Shown in pieces: positions 19,631 to 28,033 of a DNA stretch of 64,000 nucleotides. The DNA lies in assembly GCA_003250395.1 (NCBI GenBank), contig QKGM01000009.1, positions 19,788-83,787 of the forward strand, in the 5' to 3' direction. The first letter of the stretch is position 1. Each line of letters starts with the position of its first letter. The notes under the pieces are model-generated. The model was not told the origin of the DNA, searched no databases, and saw nothing but the letters and a program-made list of their open reading frames with translations. The DNA is from Bacteroidota bacterium. GTDB lineage: Bacteria > Bacteroidota > Bacteroidia > Bacteroidales > TTA-H9. A program made the position numbers and the translations under genes.

Positions 19631-21106
19631 TTATTTATATACCTCTGAAGATTTACTCGGATTGTCATCCTTAGCACGCCCCAGATAAGATTGCACACAT
19701 CTGAACCCGATATAACTTTTCGCTGAATCCTGATACTCGTAGCTGCGTGTACCATTATGAAGAAAGTAAGAAACATCTTTCCATGAACCACCTCTGATTA
19801 CTTTCCTTTTCAGAACAGAAGGATCACTCTCTTTGGCGTTGTAGGTATAACTTGGATTTAAATCCCAGGTAACATTAAATGAGACTTCATCATACGCACT
19901 CTGAGTCCATTCAGCTACATTACCTGACATATCATATAAACCGAAATCGTTCGGTGGATAGTGACCGGCGATAACAGTCTGTATTCCACCATCCGCAGCA
20001 TAGTTACCCCGTTGAGGTTTAAAATTAGCGAGAAAACAACCCTTCTGATTACGCGGATAAGGCCCACCCCATGGATAAGGATTTTCTTCATAACCCCCGC
20101 GGGCAGCATATTCCCACTCTGTTTCTGTCGGCAGGCGGAAATCACTTACAAGCGGCTCTCCCTTTTGGCTCTGAAGATAAGTATTCATATATTGGGTACG
20201 CCATACACAGAATGCCTGTGCCTGTGCCCATGTTACTCCGACAACCGGGTAATTATCATAGGCCGGATGCCAGAAATATGTCTTGGTCATTGGCTCATTA
20301 TAGCTGTACGAAAAATCTGCAATCCAGGCCAACGTATCAGGATACACATTTATAACCTCTTCCATTACAAATGCCCTGCGATTCCCCTGAGCAGCAATTG
20401 CAGGAGAGTAGTTTCCTCCTCCTCCGGTCATCTGCCCCTGTGCATTTTTCTGGTGTTGCCATCTGTTTGAGGCCTTGGCAGCTTTCTGAAGATCAATCCA
20501 GAAATAGCGGTAATACAGTTTCCGGCTATCAATCTCTTTGCGGTGGAAGAAACGTTCCTCAACCGGTAAAAACAACCTTTCAACAGGATTTGGAGTTCCC
20601 TGTGCAAGCTTTTCGCCTTTCCAGTCAATCTTTTCCTTCCAGTTAATGATATACTGTTCTGGCTGAACAGGTGCACCTGTTGAATCGATATTGAAATTCG
20701 TAGGATCATCAGGTCCCTGTTGGGTACGGTCATTTAGCTTCTTATCGATTATAAAATGCTCCGGGCTCTGCCCTGGATTTGCTACCTGAGCATACCCAAG
20801 AAAGGTGTGGGCTAAAGAATCCCTAACCCAATACACGAACTGACGATATTCGTTGTTCGTGATCTCGGTTTCATCCATATAAAACGATGAAACAGAAACA
20901 GTTTTAGGTTGCTGTACCTGTGAATACGGAACGTCCTGATCACCTGTGCCCATGGTAAATGAACCAAGCGGAATAAAAGTCATTCCATATGGATCAGGCT
21001 GATAGAATGTCGGCCTGTCTGGTACTCCTGTTAGTTCCCCGTTTCCTGAATTTCCGCAACCTGCTGCTATAATTAGCACTGCAAGATATAACAATGATCT
21101 TTTCAT
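19631..21106 (-). CDS. gldK: T9SS/gliding motility lipoprotein GldK (PorK), FGE-sulfatase (SUMF1) fold
   Basis: Start chosen at MKRSLLYLAVLIIAAGC (lipoprotein signal with lipobox Cys), not the track's 21166. SUMF1-like motifs are present (RGGSW, YIGFRCV). Confidence 0.9.
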   Translation of the reverse strand: MKRSLLYLAVLIIAAGCGNSGNGELTGVPDRPTFYQPDPYGMTFIPLGSFTMGTGDQDVPYSQVQQPKTVSVSSFYMDETEITNNEYRQFVYWVRDSLAHTFLGYAQVANPGQSPEHFIIDKKLNDRTQQGPDDPTNFNIDSTGAPVQPEQYIINWKEKIDWKGEKLAQGTPNPVERLFLPVEERFFHRKEIDSRKLYYRYFWIDLQKAAKASNRWQHQKNAQGQMTGGGGNYSPAIAAQGNRRAFVMEEVINVYPDTLAWIADFSYSYNEPMTKTYFWHPAYDNYPVVGVTWAQAQAFCVWRTQYMNTYLQSQKGEPLVSDFRLPTETEWEYAARGGYEENPYPWGGPYPRNQKGCFLANFKPQRGNYAADGGIQTVIAGHYPPNDFGLYDMSGNVAEWTQSAYDEVSFNVTWDLNPSYTYNAKESDPSVLKRKVIRGGSWKDVSYFLHNGTRSYEYQDSAKSYIGFRCVQSYLGRAKDDNPSKSSEVYK

Positions 21107-21189
21107 ATAAAGAGTCCGGTTAGATGGGTCGTTTTTCAATTCTTTCCGAGTCAACTGATTATGCAAACGTGCAAAAGTAAGCGATATTT

Positions 21190-22149
21190 TTATAAAAATC
21201 TTGTATTTCTATAACTTTTAGGATTCTTATCCAAATCAAGTTTAAAACTATAGTTTACTACTATCTCATGGCTGCCACTACTTCCGGCACTACCCAATTT
21301 GGAGGTCGTAATATCATATGAGTACCCGACACTTAACTGCTTGATTTTCACACCAAGCATAAGAGCAAAAGCATCGGTTATACGGTAACTTACCGCACCC
21401 CAGAATTTCTGATTATAAGTTACACGACCTGTAAGGTCAACCTGATAACTTACCATATCTGTCTTTATCAGGACACTGGGCTCAATCTCATACAATGGAT
21501 AGTCAGGGACGACATACTCATACCCTCCCTGAAGATAAATATGTCGTTTATTTTGATAATTAGGCTCTTCGCCCAGGCTTCCAACACTTTGAATAAGCTG
21601 TGAAGCAGCAAATCCCATATAATATTTTCCAGGAACTCTGTACAATACACCCAATCCAATATCAAACATCATCGGCTTGTCTGCATCTGTTCCATTCAAA
21701 AGAGGATCACTCCCCGATTCAAGCGGATTCAGGCTTGCAAAATCAATGCTCTTATTCAACAAGCCTAAAGTCGGGCCAAAACTAATTTCCCCGGATCTGA
21801 AATCAGTGATATAGGCGTAGGAGAGCTTTAAGCCTATATTCTGCTCGTAACCAAGCTTATCATTTAAAATGGTTAGGCCTGCACCGCCATGCAGAAACTT
21901 TATCGGTGCATCAACTGACAGAAAAAAAGTGCGGGGTGAAACACGGGTACCTGTAGCATCTTTAAAACCTACCCATTGCTCCCGTAACAGGCCGGTAACG
22001 GAGATATTACCACTTGTACCTGCAACAGCCGGATTGTAGGCCATCGGCGCAAACATATACTGGGTAAATTGAGGCTCCTGTTGAGCATCAACACCCAATA
22101 CTGTACAAATGAATACAATAACAATATATACCCTATTTGCGTAACCCAT
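21190..22149 (-). CDS. porP: T9SS membrane protein PorP/SprF family
   Basis: Start chosen at MGYANRVYIVIVFICTVLGVDAQ. The mature N-terminus QQEPQFTQYMFAPMAYNPAVAG is the PorP/SprF signature. It lies immediately upstream of gldK, as in the Porphyromonas porP-porK-porL-porM-porN operon. Confidence 0.85.
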   Translation of the reverse strand: MGYANRVYIVIVFICTVLGVDAQQEPQFTQYMFAPMAYNPAVAGTSGNISVTGLLREQWVGFKDATGTRVSPRTFFLSVDAPIKFLHGGAGLTILNDKLGYEQNIGLKLSYAYITDFRSGEISFGPTLGLLNKSIDFASLNPLESGSDPLLNGTDADKPMMFDIGLGVLYRVPGKYYMGFAASQLIQSVGSLGEEPNYQNKRHIYLQGGYEYVVPDYPLYEIEPSVLIKTDMVSYQVDLTGRVTYNQKFWGAVSYRITDAFALMLGVKIKQLSVGYSYDITTSKLGSAGSSGSHEIVVNYSFKLDLDKNPKSYRNTRFL

Positions 22150-23496
22150 CAGATTATTTGATCTAATTCCCGCTAAAAACGGCGATAAATTAACAAAAAA
22201 AAAACAACCTGAGCAAAATTGGCTGTCCGGCAAATGTCTTTAACAAATAACTTTTGCACAGCAAATATCTTATACTCCGGCGATTAAAAATAGTTTCATT
22301 TCACTGATTAGTATTATTCTTTTCAGACGCATTCAACACAAGTCCGATTACACTTGACAACCCGCCCGTCAGAAGACACATAGTTCAGGACAGCTTTGGC
22401 GCTATCCAAACTAAAGTATATCAATGTCTCCGGTTTCAGGAATGAAATGAACCTAGTTACAACCTGATATACATAACAAAATTTCTACCTAAAAATTGTA
22501 CAGAACACACGTAATACAGGAAGGTTTACCTGTAACCGGCAAAAACTGGCTCCACTTTATAACTGCATCATCAATAAATTATTGGATTAAAATACCCACA
22601 AAAGCCTTCAACAACACACCACATACCGCTTATAGCCAACCTGTTGAAGTGAATACGCTTAATAATCAGCCATGCTTCTGAAAACCCGGCAGAATTATTC
22701 GATAATCTTCTGAGTATTTTTTGATTAACATCTAACAGGGTATATTAACCATGTAAGTTTCCTTGAAATTAATAAAGGATTTCATAAAAAGGCTTGTCTC
22801 TCTATATCCTGTCGACAAGCTTTATTCCTGGTGTAAACCTCCTGCTTAACCATCAGATATTTCTTAATCCAACTTTTAGTGATCAGTTCTTTAAACCAGG
22901 ACCATACTTTATGAAAACTGAATATTCATTCGAAAAAAACCTAAAACGTATCACAACCTTTAACAAAAATCAGGCAAAACCCTGACAATCTCTCATAGCC
23001 GGCCCTCATTTCCTGAAACGGAAAACAGAGTTCCATTGTCTTAGCCAGAATACAAGGGTACAGGCAATTCATGGATCACGGCTTTGCATCTCTGTCAAAC
23101 GAGGATAATTCCAAAATTTCAATTTCCTGTTTATCTCTTTGTTGATCAACCTAGTGCCTCATCTGTATTTGCGTACTGATAACCAAAATCATCGCCCCGC
23201 GAAGCGGATTATCATTCACTCGCGGGAACACCCTCTACAGGGACTTTCACGTTTCAACCACTACCAGATATATCCCGAACTCAAAACAGGAGTATCTCTG
23301 CCAAAACCAACAATCAGCTGAATGCCAAATCGGGCCAGGTTGAATTTGACATGGGCTGCCTTCATCCGTCAGGTAATACCTTCTTTCCAAAAATGGTCCT
23401 CTTTTAACCCTGCTTAATCGTCAAAAACCAACTCTTTCTGCTAAAAATCCAAAAATTAGTAAAACACTGATAAACAGTCGTCAAACATATTACCGG

Positions 23497-23588
23497 TTCG
23501 TTGTCGCTTCGAAGTAGCTTCGAAGCAGCTTCGATATAGATTCAATTTTTATCGAAGGGAATTCGAAACAGTATCGAGGTAGCTTCGG
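23497..23588. repeat. Array of nine TTCGA-type cores phased at 11 bp; the first full units are three tandem 11-mers GCTTCGAAGNA
   Basis: The core C is at 23499, 23510, 23521, 23532, 23543 (degenerate TTCAA), 23553, 23564, 23575 and 23586. Units at 23506-23516 GCTTCGAAGTA, 23517-23527 GCTTCGAAGCA and 23528-23538 GCTTCGATATA. TTCGAA is itself palindromic. Confidence 0.7.
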
Positions 23589-23951
23589 ATTAAGTTTAAG
23601 TGTAATATTTGCCCGATGTGGAGATGAAATGTGAAGTCTTCATAAATAGAATGGAATGTCGGATTCACACGACGCTATTGACTGCTTCTTTTAATGAAGA
23701 TCAGGTACAATTTGTTAACCTGAATCTTGAGTTTATGCCTTAAACCAGATTTCACAGAATGGTTGGGCGTATTCTGCTGATCATTGCCTGTTTCTTAATA
23801 ATTAGAGATTATTTAATGACGAATTGACTAAACGATATGATCCCGTTAATCGCTGATTGTCAGTCTATTTATAATATTGACAACCTTTGTCACCGATTCC
23901 GATGGCCTTAAGGCACTGGTTTTCGAGCTTCGGTATTTTCGGAAATCAAAG

Positions 23952-23959
23952 TACTTTTG
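23952..23959 (+). promoter_or_regulatory. -7 box (TACTTTTG) for the yitT pair
   Basis: Exact TAnnTTTG, 33 nt upstream of ATG 23992. Confidence 0.55.
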
Positions 23960-23991
23960 CAAAACAAAGAGAATCTTGAACACAATTTGTT

Positions 23992-24915
23992 ATGCCGTTC
24001 ATTCCCAAGGAGAAAATATTTTCGCAGCGCTGGTTTATCGACTATAGCCTTGTAGCTGCCGGGGCTTTTATTCTGGCCCTGGGGTATGTCTTGTTCATAT
24101 ATCCCTACAACATTGTCCCCGGTGGTGTGTATGGCCTGGCCCTTATTCTGCATCATCTGACAATTGGAATGCCCTATTGGTCGGAAGGTTTTCCTGTTGG
24201 TATGGCCGGACTAATCATCAACATTCCTCTGGCCTACCTTGGTGTAAGAATCCTGGGGCCTCGCTTCGGAATAAAAACAATTATAGGTTTCGTTCTGACA
24301 GCTGTCTTTATCGACCTGCTTACTCTCGTTGTCAACAATCCGGACCCTCTTGATTTAAGCCGCGATATTCTGTTATCATGTATATTCGGGGGAGCCTTAG
24401 CAGGTGCAGGGCTTGGACTGATATTTAAAGCCAGGGCCACCTCAGGCGGTTCTGACATTTTAGCCATGATCGTCAGCAAGTACACTAAACTTCCATTGGG
24501 ACAACTGCTCATTTATATTGACTCATGTATTGTCCTGATTGGATTGCTGGTTTTTGGTGACTGGAAAGTTCCGCTCTATAGCTGGATTGTAATTTTTATT
24601 ACAGGAAAAGTAATTGATCTTATGCTTGAAGGGGTGAGTTATGAAAAGTCAATTATGATTATCAGCGACCAACATCAGCAGATCAGAGACATCATCATTA
24701 ATGACCTGAACCGGTCAGGAACCTTTCTCTCAGCCAAAGGAATGTATAACGGGCGGGAACGTGTTGTCATCCATACAGTATTAAACCGAAGGGAACTGGC
24801 TATTTTAAAAGAGAGCATTAAGTCGGTCGACCCGAAGGCCTTCCTTACAGTTACTGATGCCAGTGAAATTCTTGGTAAAGGGTTTAAATCGCTCAACGAA
24901 AAAATCTCAGACTGA
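23992..24915 (+). CDS. YitT family membrane protein (DUF161 TM repeats plus C-terminal DUF2179 domain)
   Basis: 307 aa. GYVLFIYPYNIVPGGVYG, SGGSDILAMIV, and a soluble C-terminal domain ending TVTDASEILGKGF. Confidence 0.8.
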   Translation: MPFIPKEKIFSQRWFIDYSLVAAGAFILALGYVLFIYPYNIVPGGVYGLALILHHLTIGMPYWSEGFPVGMAGLIINIPLAYLGVRILGPRFGIKTIIGFVLTAVFIDLLTLVVNNPDPLDLSRDILLSCIFGGALAGAGLGLIFKARATSGGSDILAMIVSKYTKLPLGQLLIYIDSCIVLIGLLVFGDWKVPLYSWIVIFITGKVIDLMLEGVSYEKSIMIISDQHQQIRDIIINDLNRSGTFLSAKGMYNGRERVVIHTVLNRRELAILKESIKSVDPKAFLTVTDASEILGKGFKSLNEKISD

Positions 24916-24920
24916 CAGAC

Positions 24921-25817
24921 ATGTCTTTTGTTCCAAAAGAAAAAATATTCAGCAAAAAGTGGTTTCGCTCCTTTGGATTGATAACCGTCGGTGCGCTTGC
25001 AATTTCATTGGGTTATGTTTTATTCATCACCCCGTATAAAATTGTACCTGGTGGTGTCTATGGGATCAGTATCATCATCCATCACGTTTTCAAATTACCT
25101 GTTGGTACTGTTGCCTTGTTTTTCAATATACCGATAACTCTCCTGGGGATTAAAATACTTGGCCCCAGATTTGGTACCAAAACCATTACAGGTTTCCTGT
25201 TGACAAGTATCTTCATGGATACCTTAAGCTATTATCTGGGTGACGATCCGCTTAAGCTGTCGGATGAATTATTGATGTCATCAGTTTACGGCGGTGTAGT
25301 AATTGGTGTTGGTGTAGCACTATTGTTCAAAGCCAGGGCAACTTGCGGGGGGACAGATATGGTGGCTATGATGCTGAGCAAACTAACCAAACGGCCGGTA
25401 GGCCAGTTGATGATTTTTGTTGATTCAGGAATTGTCCTGATGGGATTCATCGCTTTCGGCGATTGGCGAATACCGTTGTACTCCTGGGTGACCATAGTCG
25501 TACTTGGCAGAACTGTCGATATGGTAATGGATGGTTTTAGTTATGAAAAGTGTCTGATGATAGTATCAGATGAGCATCAAAAGATCAGAGACATCATCAT
25601 CAACGATTTAAACCGTGGTGGCACCTTTCTCCAAGGTAATGGCATGTATAACTTCCGCGAAAAACAAATCATCTTCACGGTGATGAACCGACGTGAAGTA
25701 GCCATTTTAAAATCACACATCCGAAGTATAGATCCCGGTGCATTCATCACTGTGACTGAAGGAAATGAAATTCTGGGAAATGGGTTCAGGTCGTTGAATG
25801 ACAAAATAGATGACTGA
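24921..25817 (+). CDS. YitT family membrane protein, tandem paralog
   Basis: 298 aa, collinear with and clearly similar to 23992..24915 throughout (MSFVPKEKIFSKKWF..., CGGTDMVAMML, ...TVTEGNEILGNGF). Confidence 0.8.
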   Translation: MSFVPKEKIFSKKWFRSFGLITVGALAISLGYVLFITPYKIVPGGVYGISIIIHHVFKLPVGTVALFFNIPITLLGIKILGPRFGTKTITGFLLTSIFMDTLSYYLGDDPLKLSDELLMSSVYGGVVIGVGVALLFKARATCGGTDMVAMMLSKLTKRPVGQLMIFVDSGIVLMGFIAFGDWRIPLYSWVTIVVLGRTVDMVMDGFSYEKCLMIVSDEHQKIRDIIINDLNRGGTFLQGNGMYNFREKQIIFTVMNRREVAILKSHIRSIDPGAFITVTEGNEILGNGFRSLNDKIDD

Positions 25818-25821
25818 CCCG

Positions 25822-27162
25822 TTAAAAGAGCCAGTTTAGCCCAATATAAATTCCTGACAGCCCATCCCTGTTATCGAGGGCATGTCCGTAATCAACTGCA
25901 AACACGAAATTCTCGTTCATGGCAATATGGAACCCAGCTCCCACCGAAGTATGTAAATCATCGTTGCTGGCATCAAAAAACCGCGCTGACACCTCTTCAG
26001 GAGCTTTCGACCGGTCAATATCAATACCTTTCAGCACTCTCCCTGAGTCAAGAAAGCCGCTTAAAGCAAAGTAGAAGTTTTGCCTTAACCAGTATGTCCT
26101 GACAATTTTCCATCGAAATTCAAGATTGGCATACCCCACGGCATCACCCACTACCCTGTTGCGAAGAATACCACGAAGCGACCTGCCACCACCCAGACCA
26201 TCTACAGTTGTACTCCTTGTCATCGAATTAATCATATACGACTGCAAATACCATGGAACTGAGCCTGCAATAGTACCCTGGTAACCCATACGACACGCTA
26301 TCGAAAAAACATTCCGCTTCAATGTAAAATACTGCCTGTAAATCAGAGCCAGTTTCGCGAAGCCTTCCCTGTCCATAAGAAAAGAGGGAGCTGCAGCAAC
26401 TACCGCTTCAGCCCAGATACCGTTCATCGGGTTGGGTTCATTGTCGCGTGTATCATATACAATTCCGGCTTTAAACATACCCGCATGACCACCTTCCTGA
26501 TCGGCATCGGATATCAACCCCCATCCCTTGTATAAACCAAATAGTGATATTGTATCGGGCAGCTTATCCTCTTCAGCCCGACCCTTATTTAATGCTTCTA
26601 TATCTACATCTCCAATTTCGAGATCAAGGTAGGAGACCCCTGCCAGAAGGTTCCATCGGGAGCCGCTGATTGGTTTCTGGAAAGAAGCTTCAAGGCGAAG
26701 AAGTTTCCGCTCTATACGATAAAACATCCTGCTTATGTATGCTTCATCCTCCTTAGTTTCCCATTCGATATTGTATCTGCTTTCGTAACCGTTGAACCCG
26801 TAAAAATCAAGAGCCTGTTGGGTAAGGTAACTAAGATCGGCGGTAATCCGTACACCAAAAGGGAGCAAATATTTGCTGTCAAAATTTAATTGATTAATAC
26901 CTCCTCCCTTTGTGGTCCGGGCTACTTCACCATATAGCGACCAACGATAATCTGGATAGAGATCACCATTACCATACTGATAAAGATTTGCCAGAGCACC
27001 GTATTGAAACCCGAGATCAGAATTAAACAGTACTGAAGGGAGGGCGCCCAGATTAAGACCCGATTTGGTTTTTAAACTGGCAGCTATTGTATCCTGTCCT
27101 CCGGAGCGGTATGAGAACGCAAGAAACATTAGAAGGAGCAAAATGCGGCAGACAGATAGCAT
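25822..27162 (-). CDS. Omp85/BamA-family outer-membrane beta-barrel protein without POTRA domains
   Basis: Start at MLSVCRILLLLMFLAF, 18 nt downstream of a -7 box that lies inside the longer track ORF. Surface-antigen barrel motifs are present (GGGRSLRGILRNRVVGDAVGYANLEFRW, C-terminal GIYIGLNWLF). Confidence 0.65.
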   Translation of the reverse strand: MLSVCRILLLLMFLAFSYRSGGQDTIAASLKTKSGLNLGALPSVLFNSDLGFQYGALANLYQYGNGDLYPDYRWSLYGEVARTTKGGGINQLNFDSKYLLPFGVRITADLSYLTQQALDFYGFNGYESRYNIEWETKEDEAYISRMFYRIERKLLRLEASFQKPISGSRWNLLAGVSYLDLEIGDVDIEALNKGRAEEDKLPDTISLFGLYKGWGLISDADQEGGHAGMFKAGIVYDTRDNEPNPMNGIWAEAVVAAAPSFLMDREGFAKLALIYRQYFTLKRNVFSIACRMGYQGTIAGSVPWYLQSYMINSMTRSTTVDGLGGGRSLRGILRNRVVGDAVGYANLEFRWKIVRTYWLRQNFYFALSGFLDSGRVLKGIDIDRSKAPEEVSARFFDASNDDLHTSVGAGFHIAMNENFVFAVDYGHALDNRDGLSGIYIGLNWLF

Positions 27163-27179
27163 AAAAAAGAATTTATTTT

Positions 27180-27187
27180 CAAACCTA
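27180..27187 (-). promoter_or_regulatory. -7 box (TAGGTTTG) for the Omp85-like gene
   Basis: Plus-strand CAAACCTA, 18 nt upstream of ATG 27162. It lies inside the longer track ORF, which supports the shorter start. Confidence 0.45.
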
Positions 27188-27292
27188 CACAATTTTTCAT
27201 TTAGCACTACCTTAATGATGAGGATAACCTGCCTAAGAAGGTGAGATATCTATGATAAAAATAACGGACCGGTAATGGTGACAAAAAAGTCG

Positions 27293-27300
27293 TATATTTG
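27293..27300 (+). promoter_or_regulatory. -7 box (TATATTTG) for the small OMP gene
   Basis: Exact TAnnTTTG, 32 nt upstream of ATG 27332. It lies inside the longer track ORF. Confidence 0.5.
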
Positions 27301-27331
27301 TCACAGCGTGTTACTTACTGAATTTCAACGC

Positions 27332-27997
27332 ATGAAAAAAACATCAATTATTCTTTTTGTCCTGGTTCTCAGCGGCATAGCCTCGGTAGCACAGGAAAAA
27401 CAACCAGGAGAGTTTCGTAAATTTTCGCTTGGTTTTGACCTATATACTGATATCTGGCAGAAATTGCCCGAGAATGTGGATGCCTCGTGGCTTAACAGAA
27501 GTGTGAATTTCTACGGGTTGTTTAACAATCAGATGGGTGAAAGCAACTTCGACTTCAGTTATGGACTGGGAATGAGCGTACATAATTTATATATGGATGC
27601 TTTGCCTTACGACAAGTGGGGCTATACCGAATTTATTAATATTCCTGACTCCATCAGCTACGATAAGGCTAAAATAACTATGGCCTATGTTGACATTCCA
27701 CTTGAAATCAGGTACAGAGCCAAAAGCGGTTTCAGAGCTTATTTTGGTTTCAAATTCAGCGTGCTTGTACACCAGCATTCCAAATTCGTAGGTGAAGATC
27801 CAAATGTTGGCTACGATGTAACCATCAAACGTGATGATGTACGTTATCTGGAACTTTGGCAATACACCGTCTATGCTAAAATTGGTTACAAATGGTTGAA
27901 TTTATATGGTGCCTATCAGCTTCAACCAACCTTTAAAAAGGATGAAGGGCCTCAAATGTTCCCTATTTCTGTTGGTTTAAGTATTATGCCCTACTAG
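27332..27997 (+). CDS. Small outer-membrane beta-barrel (porin-family) protein
   Basis: Start at MKKTSIILFVLVLSGIASVAQ (signal peptide), 32 nt after a TATATTTG box. Alternating-hydrophobic strands throughout, aromatic C-terminus (SIMPY). Confidence 0.55.
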   Translation: MKKTSIILFVLVLSGIASVAQEKQPGEFRKFSLGFDLYTDIWQKLPENVDASWLNRSVNFYGLFNNQMGESNFDFSYGLGMSVHNLYMDALPYDKWGYTEFINIPDSISYDKAKITMAYVDIPLEIRYRAKSGFRAYFGFKFSVLVHQHSKFVGEDPNVGYDVTIKRDDVRYLELWQYTVYAKIGYKWLNLYGAYQLQPTFKKDEGPQMFPISVGLSIMPY

Positions 27998-28033
27998 GCA
28001 AAAATTGTCGAAATAAGATTACGAATAACTGTT

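Noticed and set aside
19961-20470. 169-aa and overlapping antisense ORFs inside gldK, and similar ones in pheT (12539..12928), the carboxyltransferase gene (42235..42996) and the DUF5686 gene (60002..60349)
   Set aside because: The same reasoning applies: they are embedded opposite well-supported genes, and their Cys/Arg/Ser-rich translations are typical of non-coding frames.
21107-21166. Longer N-terminal extensions offered by the ORF track (gldK 21166, porP 22233, flippase 4167, Omp85-like 27207, OMP 27275, asnS 31875, lolC/E 46373, porX 55028, lpxD 58566)
   Set aside because: In each case an internal Met gives the family-typical N-terminus, such as a signal peptide, lipobox or conserved first motif. 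For several, an exact -7 promoter box lies inside the extension.
22213-22228. Sigma-54-like GG...TTGC element on the minus strand upstream of porP (GGACAGCCAATTTTGC)
   Set aside because: The spacing between GG and GC is 12 nt rather than the required 10, and the -24 region lacks GGCAC.
22496-23321. Three ~60-aa plus-strand ORFs (22496..22681, 22794..22985, 23139..23321) inside the 1.8-kb spacer
   Set aside because: They are low-complexity, Pro/Asn/Thr/His-rich translations of A+C-rich DNA. They have no promoter boxes, are in inconsistent frames and have no protein-like motifs.
23497-23588. The TTCGA array as a CRISPR array or CRISPR remnant
   Set aside because: The repeat unit is 11 bp with no spacers, far below CRISPR repeat/spacer dimensions. 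No cas genes are present in the window.
23911-23926. Sigma-54 -24/-12-like element AGGCAC-TGGTT-TTCGA upstream of yitT
   Set aside because: The -24 GGCAC is good, but the -12 element reads TTCG instead of TTGC, so the invariant GC is transposed. An exact sigma-A -7 box follows 26 nt later.
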